Shown: positions 23,094-34,082 of the stretch, piece after piece | Layout of the letters: each line of letters starts with the position of its first letter | How positions within the stretch are numbered: the stretch's first letter is position 1 | Assembly: GCF_000142905.1 (NCBI RefSeq) | Contig: NW_013657654.1 | Span: 362,136-426,135, forward strand | Direction of reading: 5' to 3' | From: Thecamonas trahens ATCC 50062 | Lineage: Eukaryota; Protista; Apusomonadida | DNA: 64,000 bases | Made by a program: the position numbers and the translations under genes | The notes under the pieces: generated by a model | The model's database searches: none | Told to the model about the DNA's origin: nothing | Seen by the model: only the letters and a program-made list of their open reading frames with translations

Positions 23094-26000
23094 TCAGTGG
23101 ACGTTGACGTGGAGCTGGAAGCCGAGCCGGAGGTACTGAAGCCGAACGCGGAGATCCGAGTCGCACAGCTCGAGGGCGCGGCCGAGCATGGCATGGGCTT
23201 CGCTCAGCTCACCGTCGTTCAGAAAGTCATCGGCAAGCGCGAGAACCTCTGCGTAGATGTCGGCCTTTTCGGCGGTGATGTAGCAGAGACACGGCGTGAA
23301 CGACTGCTCGCCGTGGGCCTCGAGCTCGGCGCGGTGCGCGGCGCACGTCTCTGGATGAATGGTCAGTGTTGGAGCGGCAAGCGCCGGTGATGTGCTGGGC
23401 ACGGCATTGGGTGTACAGAACGAGTCATCGGCGTCGTCAGAGTTGCGACGGGTGGGTGTCTGGTTCGGAGTGTGGAACATCGATGGCGTTGTGGGCGAGG
23501 ACGGAGTGACCGGAGTCGACGGCGCATCGGAGAAGACGTCGGTGCTGTCGTCGAGGATAGGATGGGCCTGGGCGTCGACCATCGGATTGTTGACACTGTC
23601 GGTGCTGTCGTCGAGGGTAGGATGGGCCTGGGCGTCGACCATCGGGTTATTGACACTGTCGGTGCTGTCGTCGAGGGTAGGCCCATCCAGATCGTCGATA
23701 GCGGAGTCGGCCACTCTCTCGACCATAACATCACCAACGCCAAGTCCATCACAAAGCCCACTGTCGTTATCGCCACTTACCATGCAGGAGCCCGCATCGT
23801 TGATGAATGCCAGGTCCTCAGCAGCTGCGGCTAGATGCTCAAAGTGGACGGCAGCAGCTTTTGAGAAGAGCAGATCGTGGTCGGAGAAGCCGATGAGCGA
23901 GGCGGTGCACTCGGCGGCGATGGCGTCGAGCTCGGCGGCAACAGCCGGAGGAGCCTCGCGTTGCTCGGCATGAAGCGAGTTGAGCTGGTCCATTGTCTGC
24001 GACGACGTTGTGTCACCAAGAGCAAAGATGTCGGCAAGGTCCGACTTGGTAAAGTAGCGATAGGCGTTGTGGTCTTCGGTGACGGCCTTGATGAGGGTAC
24101 CCTTGAACACCTGCTTGCGGTAAATCTTCTCCTCGACGGTGCCTGCGCAGATGAGGCGGAAGACGACTACGTCGCGTGTCTGACCAATCCGGTACGCGCG
24201 GTCGACAGCCTGTGCATCCATCGCCGGGTTCCACTGCGGATCAAAGAGCACGACCCGGTCGGCACCGGTGAGGGTGACCCCGACGCCGCAGCTCTGGGTC
24301 GTCATCAACAGGATGAAGATGTCCGAGTCGGCAGCATTGAACGCATCGATCCGTCCCTGTCGCTCGGCAGTCGAGCTAACAGAGCCGTCGATCCGCGACC
24401 AGGTGTAGCCGTGGGCGGCGATGAGCCCCTGCAGCAGGTCGAGCATGCGAAGCGACTGTGAGAAGAGCAGGACTCGGTGGCCGTCGGCAGCCAGCCGGCG
24501 GAGAAGCTTGAGCAGAAACACGACCTTACCCGAGGCCATCTCGGCCATGCCGGGCTCGTTTGCGTCGAGGCCGAGACCGGCCGAGCAGAGTGACGACGAA
24601 GCGAGGAGAAACGGATGAGAGCAGATCTTCTTGAGCACGTCAATGGCCGCCAGTGGCGACTTGGACTGGTTGAGCGTCTCTGCAACCGTGTCCGACTCGA
24701 GAAACTGCTCGTAGATAGCATGCTGCGTCGTCGAGAGCGGAATCCAAGCAATGACGTCCTTCTTCTCCGGCATTTCGGCGGCGACAGCAGCTCCAGCGTG
24801 CTCGCGGCCGGTATCGTCGCCCGTCACCGCCCCACTGTCATCACCGGCGGAAGGCAGAACGTCGGCCTTTTCGCGACGGAGAATGTAGGGAGCGAGCGTC
24901 TCGCGTAGCGTGGACGCCAGCGCCGCGCCGCGCCGCTTTTCGTAGTACGACGCGTCTGACGCTGATGCATCGCGGATCGGGTTGGCATAGAGATTGCGGA
25001 ACGAAGCGAGGTCGCCGAGAAGGAGCCCATCGGTGAGATAGTCCATGAGCGCCCACAGCTCTTCGAGATTGTTCTGGACAGGCGTGCCGGTGAGAATGAG
25101 CTTGTGTTTGGCGGAGAGAAGACGGACAGCCCGCGAAATCTGTCGCGACGCGTTCTTGATCCGGTGGCCCTCGTCAAGAATGACATAGTCAGCAGGTGCA
25201 GCGGCGAGGACGCCGGGAGCCGATCGGACGACACCATAGGTGGTGACAACAGCACGCGGCCCACCATGTGCGGTAAACTGACTAAATCTACGGGCGCGAG
25301 TCTTTGCGCTTCCGCCGTGATGGACAAGGACGTCGAGGCGCGGAGCCCACTTGGCAAGCTCTGCGCACCACGACTCGACGACAGCGACCGGAACGATGAG
25401 CAGAACGAGGTCAAGATCGCGGGCGGCAGCAAGTGACTCGAGGAACGATGCCACCTGGACAGTCTTGCCGAGACCCATCTCGTCGGCAAGAATGCCGCCC
25501 CCGAGCGACGACGTGTGCAGCGCGTGCATCCACATCACGCCATCCTGCTGGTAAGCGTACAGCTCCGAGGCGATGGAAAACTCGGGTGGAGCCGCGTCGA
25601 CAGACTCGGGTGTCGGCGGGTTGTCGGCTGCGCGCGCAACGCCTTCCGGCGAACGCGGTGGCGTCACGTACTCGTACTCGTACTCGTAGCGACTCTCGCC
25701 ATGACCGGCCATGAGGCGACGGAACTCGACGTCAAGCTCGTACGAGTCCTCCGAGTCGGACAATACACTTGCCGCCGGACCAAGGCGCATCGACGGCGGC
25801 GGAGTGACAGATGCTGACGGCGAGGGCGATTCCGAGGGCGACGACGGTGGCGAGTCGATCGCCAGCGTCGAGAGCGCATTGACCAGCGCATCGAGCTGCG
25901 TCACGCGGTCGTCAGCCGAGTCCGAGTCCGACTGCGACTCGGAATCAGAGTCAATGACTCGCCGCTTGACCGGTTGCGGTTGCAGCTCCGGCTGCGGGTG

Positions 26001-26888
26001 AACGGGCGCGTTGGTGCGACCGAGAACTCGGTCGACACTCAGTGCACCGGCAGCAAGCATGGCGTCGATGGCGGCCTGCGAGCGGACGATGGCCTCGATA
26101 GGGATGTACTTGCCGGTCAACCACAGCCGGCGCAGGTTGCGGTCCATGAGCTCAGCCAACGGCAGCCTGGGCATGACCACAAACTCGACGGCGTAGCCTG
26201 CCTCGACCGCCATGGCCACAACAGCCTTCATGCTCGAAATCTTGGCGTTGGTGTTTCCCCACGCCAGCGGTGTCGCGTTGTCGGACATCAGCCTCTTCAT
26301 CCGTGCCTGGCACTCACGCACACCGACTCTAATGTTGGTGAACGAGTACTCGGCACATGTCTCGCTCTCGTTGCGGGCACACAAGCCATGCTTGGACGGA
26401 GAAAACCGTGCCAGCGCGTCGACCACCGCTTTCGCCAGCATCTCGCTCTCCTCGCTCGCGATAGTCGCCTTGAGCTCCTCCCGCAAATCTTCGACGTCGT
26501 ACCCGATGTGGCGACGCTGAGATTGGCTTGAGTTGGAGATAGAGTAGCGAGCGTGGTGATGATCTTGGTCGTGATGGTGATGATCTTGGTCGTGGTGGTG
26601 ATGATCTTGGTCCTGCTCTTCGACGATTTCTGCCAGAGCCGCCTTGACCAGTCCAACCTGGCTGCGTGGACTGACGTCCTCCCACAGGATGTGGTGATAC
26701 ATGCCATCAGCGTCATCGAGGCAGACATCTACGGCATCGGTCTCGGTGGCGAGGAAGTGACTCTTCCCCGAGTTGGGCGGGCCGACAGTGATGTACACCA
26801 CCGGCTTACGTGCATGCATCCCGGCATGCACCTCATCTCCAGCTCGTCCGTTTGTCACGTCCGCAAGTGGCGTCCATTGCGTCGTCAT
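23094..26888 (-). CDS. ERCC6L: SNF2-family DNA translocase ERCC6L/PICH with N-terminal P-loop (AAA_33/PNK-like) domain and C-terminal TPR
   Basis: SNF2 motifs GGILADEMGLGKT, DEGH, TGTPVQNN, QAVDRAYRIGQ. PICH-specific motifs SPLAAIDVLKKICSHP, EEKIYRKQVFK, YRYFTKSDLADIF, FSDHDLLF, and a terminal TPR. N-terminal VYITVGPPNSGKS. Confidence 0.88.
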   Translation of the reverse strand: MTTQWTPLADVTNGRAGDEVHAGMHARKPVVYITVGPPNSGKSHFLATETDAVDVCLDDADGMYHHILWEDVSPRSQVGLVKAALAEIVEEQDQDHHHHDQDHHHHDQDHHHARYSISNSSQSQRRHIGYDVEDLREELKATIASEESEMLAKAVVDALARFSPSKHGLCARNESETCAEYSFTNIRVGVRECQARMKRLMSDNATPLAWGNTNAKISSMKAVVAMAVEAGYAVEFVVMPRLPLAELMDRNLRRLWLTGKYIPIEAIVRSQAAIDAMLAAGALSVDRVLGRTNAPVHPQPELQPQPVKRRVIDSDSESQSDSDSADDRVTQLDALVNALSTLAIDSPPSSPSESPSPSASVTPPPSMRLGPAASVLSDSEDSYELDVEFRRLMAGHGESRYEYEYEYVTPPRSPEGVARAADNPPTPESVDAAPPEFSIASELYAYQQDGVMWMHALHTSSLGGGILADEMGLGKTVQVASFLESLAAARDLDLVLLIVPVAVVESWCAELAKWAPRLDVLVHHGGSAKTRARRFSQFTAHGGPRAVVTTYGVVRSAPGVLAAAPADYVILDEGHRIKNASRQISRAVRLLSAKHKLILTGTPVQNNLEELWALMDYLTDGLLLGDLASFRNLYANPIRDASASDASYYEKRRGAALASTLRETLAPYILRREKADVLPSAGDDSGAVTGDDTGREHAGAAVAAEMPEKKDVIAWIPLSTTQHAIYEQFLESDTVAETLNQSKSPLAAIDVLKKICSHPFLLASSSLCSAGLGLDANEPGMAEMASGKVVFLLKLLRRLAADGHRVLLFSQSLRMLDLLQGLIAAHGYTWSRIDGSVSSTAERQGRIDAFNAADSDIFILLMTTQSCGVGVTLTGADRVVLFDPQWNPAMDAQAVDRAYRIGQTRDVVVFRLICAGTVEEKIYRKQVFKGTLIKAVTEDHNAYRYFTKSDLADIFALGDTTSSQTMDQLNSLHAEQREAPPAVAAELDAIAAECTASLIGFSDHDLLFSKAAAVHFEHLAAAAEDLAFINDAGSCMVSGDNDSGLCDGLGVGDVMVERVADSAIDDLDGPTLDDSTDSVNNPMVDAQAHPTLDDSTDSVNNPMVDAQAHPILDDSTDVFSDAPSTPVTPSSPTTPSMFHTPNQTPTRRNSDDADDSFCTPNAVPSTSPALAAPTLTIHPETCAAHRAELEAHGEQSFTPCLCYITAEKADIYAEVLALADDFLNDGELSEAHAMLGRALELCDSDLRVRLQYLRLGFQLHVNVH
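23537..23682. repeat. Coding 60-bp tandem repeat (LDDSTDSVNNPMVDAQAHPT, ~2.4 copies)
   Basis: Read directly from the sequence. Confidence 0.85.
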
Positions 26889-27379
26889 CGTCGAGAGAGA
26901 GAGCTGTGTCTGGCCTGTGAGCCTGGTGGTTGTCGTCCTCGTCCGTGTCTCCCTTCCCCGCCCGCTTGCCTGCCTGACAAGGCGACTCGGCTCTTTTGGC
27001 GCCAACCACCAGCCACGATTGAATTACCTTGAATTAATGGTACGATTACCACCACAACAACTAATCGTATACTGCACTGCCCCACGCGCCCAACGATTAC
27101 CACCACAACAAATACTCGTACGGTGGTGGAGACCAATTATCGAGCGGCTGAAGTCAGTGTCGGGGGGGGTCATCACTCCAATACACGCCACGCACAGCCG
27201 CTACCCCCCCCCCCCCCTCCCCCCCCCACACACGCACACACGCACAACCACCACACACCATCCATATCCACACACACGCCTTGTGCTCCACAAGTGTAGT
27301 GTACTGGTAACCTCCCACACCCAGCCTCTAGCATCCACCACCACCACCACCACCACCACCACCTCGTCTCACAGTGACC

Positions 27380-30293
27380 ATGCTGAAGCCGCTCCTGGTC
27401 GCCATGGTGGTCATGGTCATGGTCATCGGCACGGCGACCACTCCAACTACGGCTGCCACCGTCACTGTCTCTCCCACAAGCTACACTGTTGCGGAGATTC
27501 AATCTGTGCTCTCATCGGTTACAGCAGGTACCACAGTGGTCGTCCCCTCGGGCACGTACACTGGCTGCGCCATCAGTGGCCCCCTCTCGTTCCCATCCTT
27601 TGCGGATAACGTGGTTCTGCAAGGTGCTGGCCTCGGACGAACCATCATTGACTGCTCTGCTGACAATGAGAGGATTGTCATGCTGGCCAACACCGGGCAA
27701 AACGCCATCGTGGAGCACATGACTTTGCGCGGCGGATCCGCGACTGATCTTGCTGCAGACAGGCACGGTGGATGTGTGGAGCATTCGGGCTCGGGCTCGT
27801 TTGTTCTGCGACATCTGCATCTGGACGGATGTAGTGTCGGCGGTAGTGGCTCGAGCATTGGCTACAAGGGCGGCGCCATCCACGTTGGTGGTTCCAGCGC
27901 CGCATCGCGGATCGAGGATGTGCGTATCACCAACTCGTACGCACAGACCGGCGGTGGTGCCCTCGCCCACACTTCGTCTACTGCGCTCACTCTCGAGCGT
28001 GTGGTCATTGAGGACTGCTCGGCGGGCATCGGCGGCGGGCTGTACATTGCTTCGACCTCCAGCTTCTTCATGATCGATTCTACTGTCCGCCGCACAACTG
28101 CTGTGGCGGACGGCGGTGGGCTGTACTTGAAGCTCTCCGGTACTCGCGACCTCTCATCGGTCACGGTTGCCGATTGCTCAGCTGGCGGCAACGGCGGCGG
28201 CATGAGTGCCACCACGGGTAACTTCCTGGTCAACTCGATCGTGCTCTCGGGCAACACTGCGGTAAGTGGCGGCGGCCTTTCCGCGTCAGCCGTCTCGGGC
28301 ACTTTTACCAATGCCTATGTTTTGGGAAACGTGGCTGTCACGGGTGGTGGTGTGCACTCGTTTGGATCTTCGAGCTTTGGCCTTGTTGGTGCCGTCATCT
28401 CTGGCAACACCGCATCTGGCGGCAACGGCGGCGGCGTGAACCTTGAAAACGGCCAACTCAGAGCCTGACCGACTCGATCCTGTCACACAACGTCGCGACC
28501 GGGTGTGGCGGCGGGATGACGACTTCCATCTCGGGCTCGACGTCGTCGTCATCCAACGTCACGTTCCTCGCCAACACGGCCAGTTCCAACGGGGGCGGCC
28601 TTTGTGCACTCGGCGCTCACACGGTCGACATATTGCCAGCGTTCTTCACTGGCAACACGGCGGGCAACCATGGCGGTGGCATCTACATTGCCGGGCCAGC
28701 GGTCAGGACCTTTGATTCGGCCAAGCTTGAGGGTAACGTCGCCACCAACGGCTCGGCCGTGTGGTTCGGCGCCGGCTCGTCGTCGTCGCTCCGCAACTCG
28801 CTTGTGACGCGCAACCTCGCCACTGGTGTCGGCGCGGTGTATCTGGAGGAGGATGGGTCCAGCTTTGTCGACTTGGACGGATCGCAAGTGTGTGGCAACT
28901 ACGGGCCGGCGCCGCAGCTCGGCCTCAACATCTACTGCGGCACCATTGGGCGTCTCTCGGGTGGTACGCCTCCCACAGGAGAGTGCCACGGGACCGGGCT
29001 CTGCGCGCACGGCCCGGACACCTGCACCTTTGCGTTTGTCCCGACCTCGTGCTCATCGTGTGCGGCAGGATGGAGCGGCCTCGAGTGCGATGTTCCTGAA
29101 AACTGCGCGGAGGTGTCCGTCTCCGGCTGCCTCGCGTGTGCACCCCAGCACGGCCTAGTCACAGAGACCTCGGCCCGGTACGGCGGGTGCGAGCACTGTG
29201 CGTCTGCTGGCAAGATCTTTGTCAGTACGTGGCAACCATGCGCGGCCGCGCCGCCACCGCCACCGCCGCCGCCGCTGTCGTGCGACGTCGGCTATGAGCC
29301 GCAGGCTTACGACAACGGTACGACGAGCTGTGTCGACGTCGACGAATGCGCCCAGGCCTCGGCCAACTGCACCGGGACCGGCGTTGTGTGCATCAACGAA
29401 GAGGGATCGTATTCGTGTGAGTGTGGTGATGGCTTTGTCAGCGCCGGAACGAACGAGTGCACAACGGCGCGTGAAACTCGGACAGCCGACGCGCTTATCT
29501 CGTTCAACTCGCCAGCGACGTCGCAGGTCTCGATCTCGGGCTACTGGCTTCTTTTCTGCTCGTTCTTGGACTGGGGTACGGCCAGTACGCGCGCGTGGTG
29601 AACCGGCGGATTGTGCGCAGCGATGACACGGTTGTGACGCTCCCGCTCCACGCCAAGATGGTGCGCGGGCATAGCCTTGTGGGCATTCTGGCTGTCCGTG
29701 CTAGCGATCCGTTCAACCGGTCGGCCCGAGTTCTCTCGCTGGCTCTCTCGTTGGCGGTCATGCTCCTCACGGTGGCACTGCTGCTCTTCGCTGATCCAGC
29801 ATCGTACGCCTCCGGCTCTGGATGGGGCGCTGACGTACTACTCAACATGCTCCTCTCGGCGGTGGTGGGCACGACGCTCTCTGCTGTTCTGGGCACCAGC
29901 GTCATTCGCTGGGCAATGCGATCGCGATCGGAGCTGCTGGCCCGCTTCGGCTTTGTCGCCGGCCTCGTCCTCGCCGGCCTGCTCACCGGCGGCATTGTGG
30001 TGCTCTTTACGCTCGCGGATCAGCTCCCGGGCTACTCGCTTCCGTTCGACAAAGTGCTCGCCTCGTGGCTTGTCTCGATCGTCATCTCATGGCTCGTCAC
30101 CGAGCCGGCCATGACCGCGTTTAAGTTCCTGGTTTTTGGCGAGGTCTTCGTGCGGGTCACCTACATCGAGCGCATGATGAGCACAGCCAAGGTTGGCCCG
30201 GCCTCGGAGCTGAATGCCGCCCTGGAATCGGCCAGCGCCATCACCAGCGACATGTCAGATTCGGCTCACTCACTCCCCTCCTCGCTTGGCTGA
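27380..30293 (+). CDS. Cell-surface protein: signal peptide, GG[A/G]-repeat beta-helix, Cys-rich/EGF-Ca, polycystin-1-like 5-TM module; frame breaks at ~28446-28454 and ~29552
   Basis: Signal peptide MLKPLLVAMVV; repeated GGAI/GGGL/GNxA motifs; EGF-Ca motif DVDECAQ..C.N.EGSYSCECGDGF; TM segments. Three ORFs (27374..28468, 28516..29601, 29595..30293) are joined by single added bases. Confidence 0.78.
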
Positions 30294-30463
30294 CAGGGGA
30301 TGTTTCTCCTCCCACACATTACTACATTTCACCAGAAACAGCGGCTGCTGTGGCGAGGCCAGGCAGCGCTGCATCGTCATCGTCGCCCGAATTTGCGTAG
30401 TTAGTTGTTCCCCGGGGAGCATTCGTCTCCAAGCTCTTCCTTCCCCGTCCACCCTCATCAAAC

Positions 30464-31101
30464 ATGACCGAGAGCGTGCCCATCCCACGCCCGACACCAA
30501 CATCACCCTGGCCACCTCACCAAATGGCAGCGTGTTTGGAACAACTCCAGGAGGTAGGTTGGCATGTCGCACGCGCGCAGCTATGTGCATGGCTGGCTGT
30601 GAGAAGGGAGGGGGAGGAGCGAGGAAGTTCAGGTGCTGCGGGTTGCCGGGACGGTTTGCGCCTGCGCAGAGTTTTCGGGAGCACAAACGCCTTCATGTTC
30701 AACGAGTTTTCTGCGCACACGCAAAGAATAGGCGCCTCTACCGCAAGCCTCACGAGCGAGGTAGAGTTGGTCGGACAGGCAAGCCAACGCAGTCGTCTCT
30801 CACTCTCTCTCTCATGCACACACATCATTGGTCGAAAATAGGTACCCGCATCACATACTCGCGTGACTCGCTGCTGCAACTACGCGATCAGCTTGGTCTC
30901 TCCCCACCGCCATCCGACATGCCTGCCATCCCAGGCATTACTGCACCCGATGACGGCTGCGACGATGACGCAGGTGTAGTGGTGGACTCCAGTGCTCATG
31001 GAGACGCCACGCCTGCTGCGGGCAGCGTCGCCGCGGCTCCGCCGCCGTCGGGCGAGCCTGATGCCGACATTGGCCAGCCGCTGTTTACCATGGATGCTTG
31101 A
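30464..31101 (+). CDS. EIF4EBP: eIF4E-binding protein (4E-BP); intron 30554..30841; frame break at ~30484-30486
   Basis: The spliced product reads ...TSPNGSVFGTTPG|GTRITYSRDSLLQLR...PSDMPAIPGIT...QPLFTMDA, giving TPGG phospho-sites, the YxxxxL-phi motif and a C-terminal TOS motif. Splice sites are G|gtagg and aaatag|G. Confidence 0.88.
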
Positions 31102-31123
31102 GGTAAAGGTGCTCACGAGCAGT

Positions 31124-33925
31124 TCACTCGTCAAGAAGTGCCCAGAGCGATATGAGCCGCCGCTCGATCTGCCAGGGGCAGAGCGGGCCGGCGAGCATGG
31201 TGTGCATGTCGGGGAGGGCACGGGCGACCATGCTCGCGATGCGGGCAGTGGCCGGGAGCGTGCGTGCCGACGGAGTTGCGGTCCTGTTCGGCAGTTGGGC
31301 GCGGCGCGCGTCGCGCCGCAAGCGCCGTGCACGCTTCTCGGCTTCAAAGTCGGCCTCGATCGGCGCGGCACGGTGGAGAAAGCCAAAGTACGCCGCCCAC
31401 TCGCCAGTCGGCGGTACCTCGCCCATGGCCCATGCCTCGGCGTAGACAGCGGCACGCAGGCCGTCGAGCGCGGTCGCAACTGCACCCTGCTGCTCTCGCC
31501 CAGCCTCGGCGACCAAGGCGAGGAGCGGACGGACGATGCTGCGCCGGCGGACAACGTCGTCGACCTCGGGCGCCGCCGCCAGCGCAGTGAGCAGTGGCAC
31601 CGCCAGCAGCGGCTCGCGCCCGGCGAGTTCGAGAAGGCTATCCATGTCCGGCTGGAGTGCCCGCGTGACTGCGCCGCCGATTCCGGGTGCAGCCACAAGT
31701 CGCGCCGCTGCTAGCCAGACCCGCCGCCGGGCGTCGTGGGGGTCGCCGTCGCGGCCGGCAAGCTTCATCAGCAGGTCGACGCCAACCTGGGCGTCGAAAA
31801 CGTCGACATGCGTAGTGTCGACCGTGGCGCCCTCGTGTGCAAAGACGTACGCCACGCTCGCCAGCAAGCACGCGCCGGCAGCCACCAGCTCGGACGAGAG
31901 GGTGGCCGACTCGGCCACAAGAACCGCCATGGCGGTGTTGATCAGGCCCGAGTCCAGCAACGTCTGTCGGTGGAGCGGGGTACAGACCAACATGCCGGTG
32001 ATGGCCGCCAGCGCCGGCAGCCGCACAAGGTCGGCGTGGTCGGCAAAGCCGACCAGGGCGAGGGTCAGGTTCTGGATTCGCACGTCCGACGGTGGAAGCG
32101 AGCGCGCCGCTACAGTGGCTGCCTCAACATGCAGCGCCGCCGCGACTACACTCGCCTCGGACAGGTGGGCTGCTGCCAGCCTTGCCGAGGCGTCCAGCAC
32201 CTGCATCCGCCAGCCGCACTCGATCTCGGCGTCGGCGACGACGCCAGCATAGACGCCGAGGACGACCGCGGCGAGGGTCGCGTCATGAACGGGAGGCGGC
32301 ACAAGATCGCATAGCACCTCGAGCCCGCCGAGCTCAACAAACCGCTTGCGGGCGTACTTGTCGGTGCTAACCGCAGCGGAGAGCAGTGCGACAAGCCCAG
32401 AGGTGAGCGTCACCGGAAGAGGGGCCGCCGGCTCGGTGGCGCAGGTCAGTGAGGCCAAGCCCACCGCCATGCCGCCGGCGGCACGAAAGGCCTCTACCTG
32501 ACTAGGGTCGGCTACCAACAGCCGCGCTAGCGCCGCACTGCATGCCTGGCCAGCCTTGAAGGCCATGTCGTCGTCGCAGCGCGCCGCCAGCGCGCCGAGC
32601 ACTTTGGACAGCGCCGCCACTAGGTGCCGCACCGTGCGTGCGCCGGTAACGTGCTCACGGCAGACCGGCGAGGCTTCGACAAGGAGCCCAATGGTGGTGG
32701 CCAGCGCTGCCACGTCGTCCAACCGAGCTGGCAATGACTCAAGCTTGAGCAGGAGCACGTAGAGAAGAGTCGGATGCTCCGGCAGCGCATACGCCGGTGG
32801 TCCGCGGAGGAGCGCGTGGCTGAGTGCAATGAGCGGCCGTCGGAGGCTGTCGCCTACCATGGCAGCGTCGAGGACGGCGCGGCAGAGAGCGGCGGCGTCG
32901 CTGGCTGCTCCTGTACTGCTCTCGTCTCCATCGTCGCTGTCATCGAGAGAGGCCGGGATGGACACACTCACCAGCACCGGCGGTGCGAGCGGAAGCAGCT
33001 GCGGGACGCGAGCTTCAAGTCGGGCGTCAAAGGTAGGCAGCATCGGCTGAGAGGCGGCCTGCTCAAGGGCAGCAAGCCATGCTTCGGGATCTGAGGCGGT
33101 GAGAACAAGCTGCGGTGAGTGTGGGGCGCGGACAAGAAGGGTCTGGCGGTCGCACGCGGTAAAGGTGACTTCGGCGACTGAGCCGAGGACAACCAGCTCG
33201 GCCGAGTCCGGCGGGGTGTGGAAGACTACATCGGAGCAGATGAGGAGCGAGTGAGCGTGAGCGAGAGCAAACTCGCTCGAGTCGGGCGTCGATCGCGCAA
33301 CCACATACCGCCTGGCCAGTGAAGAGACAAGGACTCGAGCCACGGACGCTCGCATGGTCGGCGGGGCATGGAGCTGAGCCAAGACCTGCAGAGGGAGCTC
33401 GGCGTCGTAGCCAAGGATCGTCGGCGCGACCTGGACCATGTCAGCGAGGCGGATCATCTTCTCGGCCGGCTCTGCCGCTTCGACGACGCCATCTTCAGCC
33501 GCGACCACGAGCGCCCTTGCCAGAGTGTGCGGGAAGAGGAGCGGGATGGCGAGGCGTCCCAGGGCGTGAGCTGGGATGGCCTCGAGCCGCAGTGCGCCGG
33601 GCTCGAGAGTGATCATCTCGCGGAGAATGTCAAAGAATCTCGAAGCGTAGGTGACGTGGCCTTGTTTGAGCGCAAATAGTGTGGTTTCACCTTTGTAAAA
33701 TTGTATCAGCGGAATACCGGAGCCATCGCCAGCATTCGGCCGCGGAAACGATGCGTCGGCCGCCGCCAGCTTCTCCACCAAAGTCGCCAGGTTGCTGGCG
33801 GCAGGCACATGGCCATTGCCTTTCTCCACAGCAGCAGTCACTGCAGAGAGGTCCGCAAGCGTCGCCGAATAGTCGTTGCATATGTCTTCCAGAATGTGTG
33901 CATGGTGCTGGTGGGAGGTGGTCAT
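31124..33925 (-). CDS. Armadillo-repeat protein with a degenerate PH-like (possibly DH-PH-like) N-terminal region
   Basis: ARM-like segments VEAFRAAGGM, FVELGGLEVL, LLDSGLI, QVGVDLLMKL. PH-like end LVLTASDPEAWLAALEQA. Confidence 0.6.
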   Translation of the reverse strand: MTTSHQHHAHILEDICNDYSATLADLSAVTAAVEKGNGHVPAASNLATLVEKLAAADASFPRPNAGDGSGIPLIQFYKGETTLFALKQGHVTYASRFFDILREMITLEPGALRLEAIPAHALGRLAIPLLFPHTLARALVVAAEDGVVEAAEPAEKMIRLADMVQVAPTILGYDAELPLQVLAQLHAPPTMRASVARVLVSSLARRYVVARSTPDSSEFALAHAHSLLICSDVVFHTPPDSAELVVLGSVAEVTFTACDRQTLLVRAPHSPQLVLTASDPEAWLAALEQAASQPMLPTFDARLEARVPQLLPLAPPVLVSVSIPASLDDSDDGDESSTGAASDAAALCRAVLDAAMVGDSLRRPLIALSHALLRGPPAYALPEHPTLLYVLLLKLESLPARLDDVAALATTIGLLVEASPVCREHVTGARTVRHLVAALSKVLGALAARCDDDMAFKAGQACSAALARLLVADPSQVEAFRAAGGMAVGLASLTCATEPAAPLPVTLTSGLVALLSAAVSTDKYARKRFVELGGLEVLCDLVPPPVHDATLAAVVLGVYAGVVADAEIECGWRMQVLDASARLAAAHLSEASVVAAALHVEAATVAARSLPPSDVRIQNLTLALVGFADHADLVRLPALAAITGMLVCTPLHRQTLLDSGLINTAMAVLVAESATLSSELVAAGACLLASVAYVFAHEGATVDTTHVDVFDAQVGVDLLMKLAGRDGDPHDARRRVWLAAARLVAAPGIGGAVTRALQPDMDSLLELAGREPLLAVPLLTALAAAPEVDDVVRRRSIVRPLLALVAEAGREQQGAVATALDGLRAAVYAEAWAMGEVPPTGEWAAYFGFLHRAAPIEADFEAEKRARRLRRDARRAQLPNRTATPSARTLPATARIASMVARALPDMHTMLAGPLCPWQIERRLISLWALLDE

Positions 33926-34082
33926 ACGGCCCAGCGGGGCGAGGGGTGGGGTGGGGGGGGAGAGAGAGGGAGAGTGGGGTGATCGATCACGTGGGCGATG
34001 GCCGAAGCGGGGGAGAGTAGCCATCCTCACAACAGGGGGGGGCAGGACAGTTTACGTATGCATCGATAGCCATGCTGGGCCA

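Noticed and set aside
30214-31101. 295-aa single-exon ORF
   Set aside because: It is better explained as 4E-BP exons plus an in-frame intron and upstream non-coding sequence.
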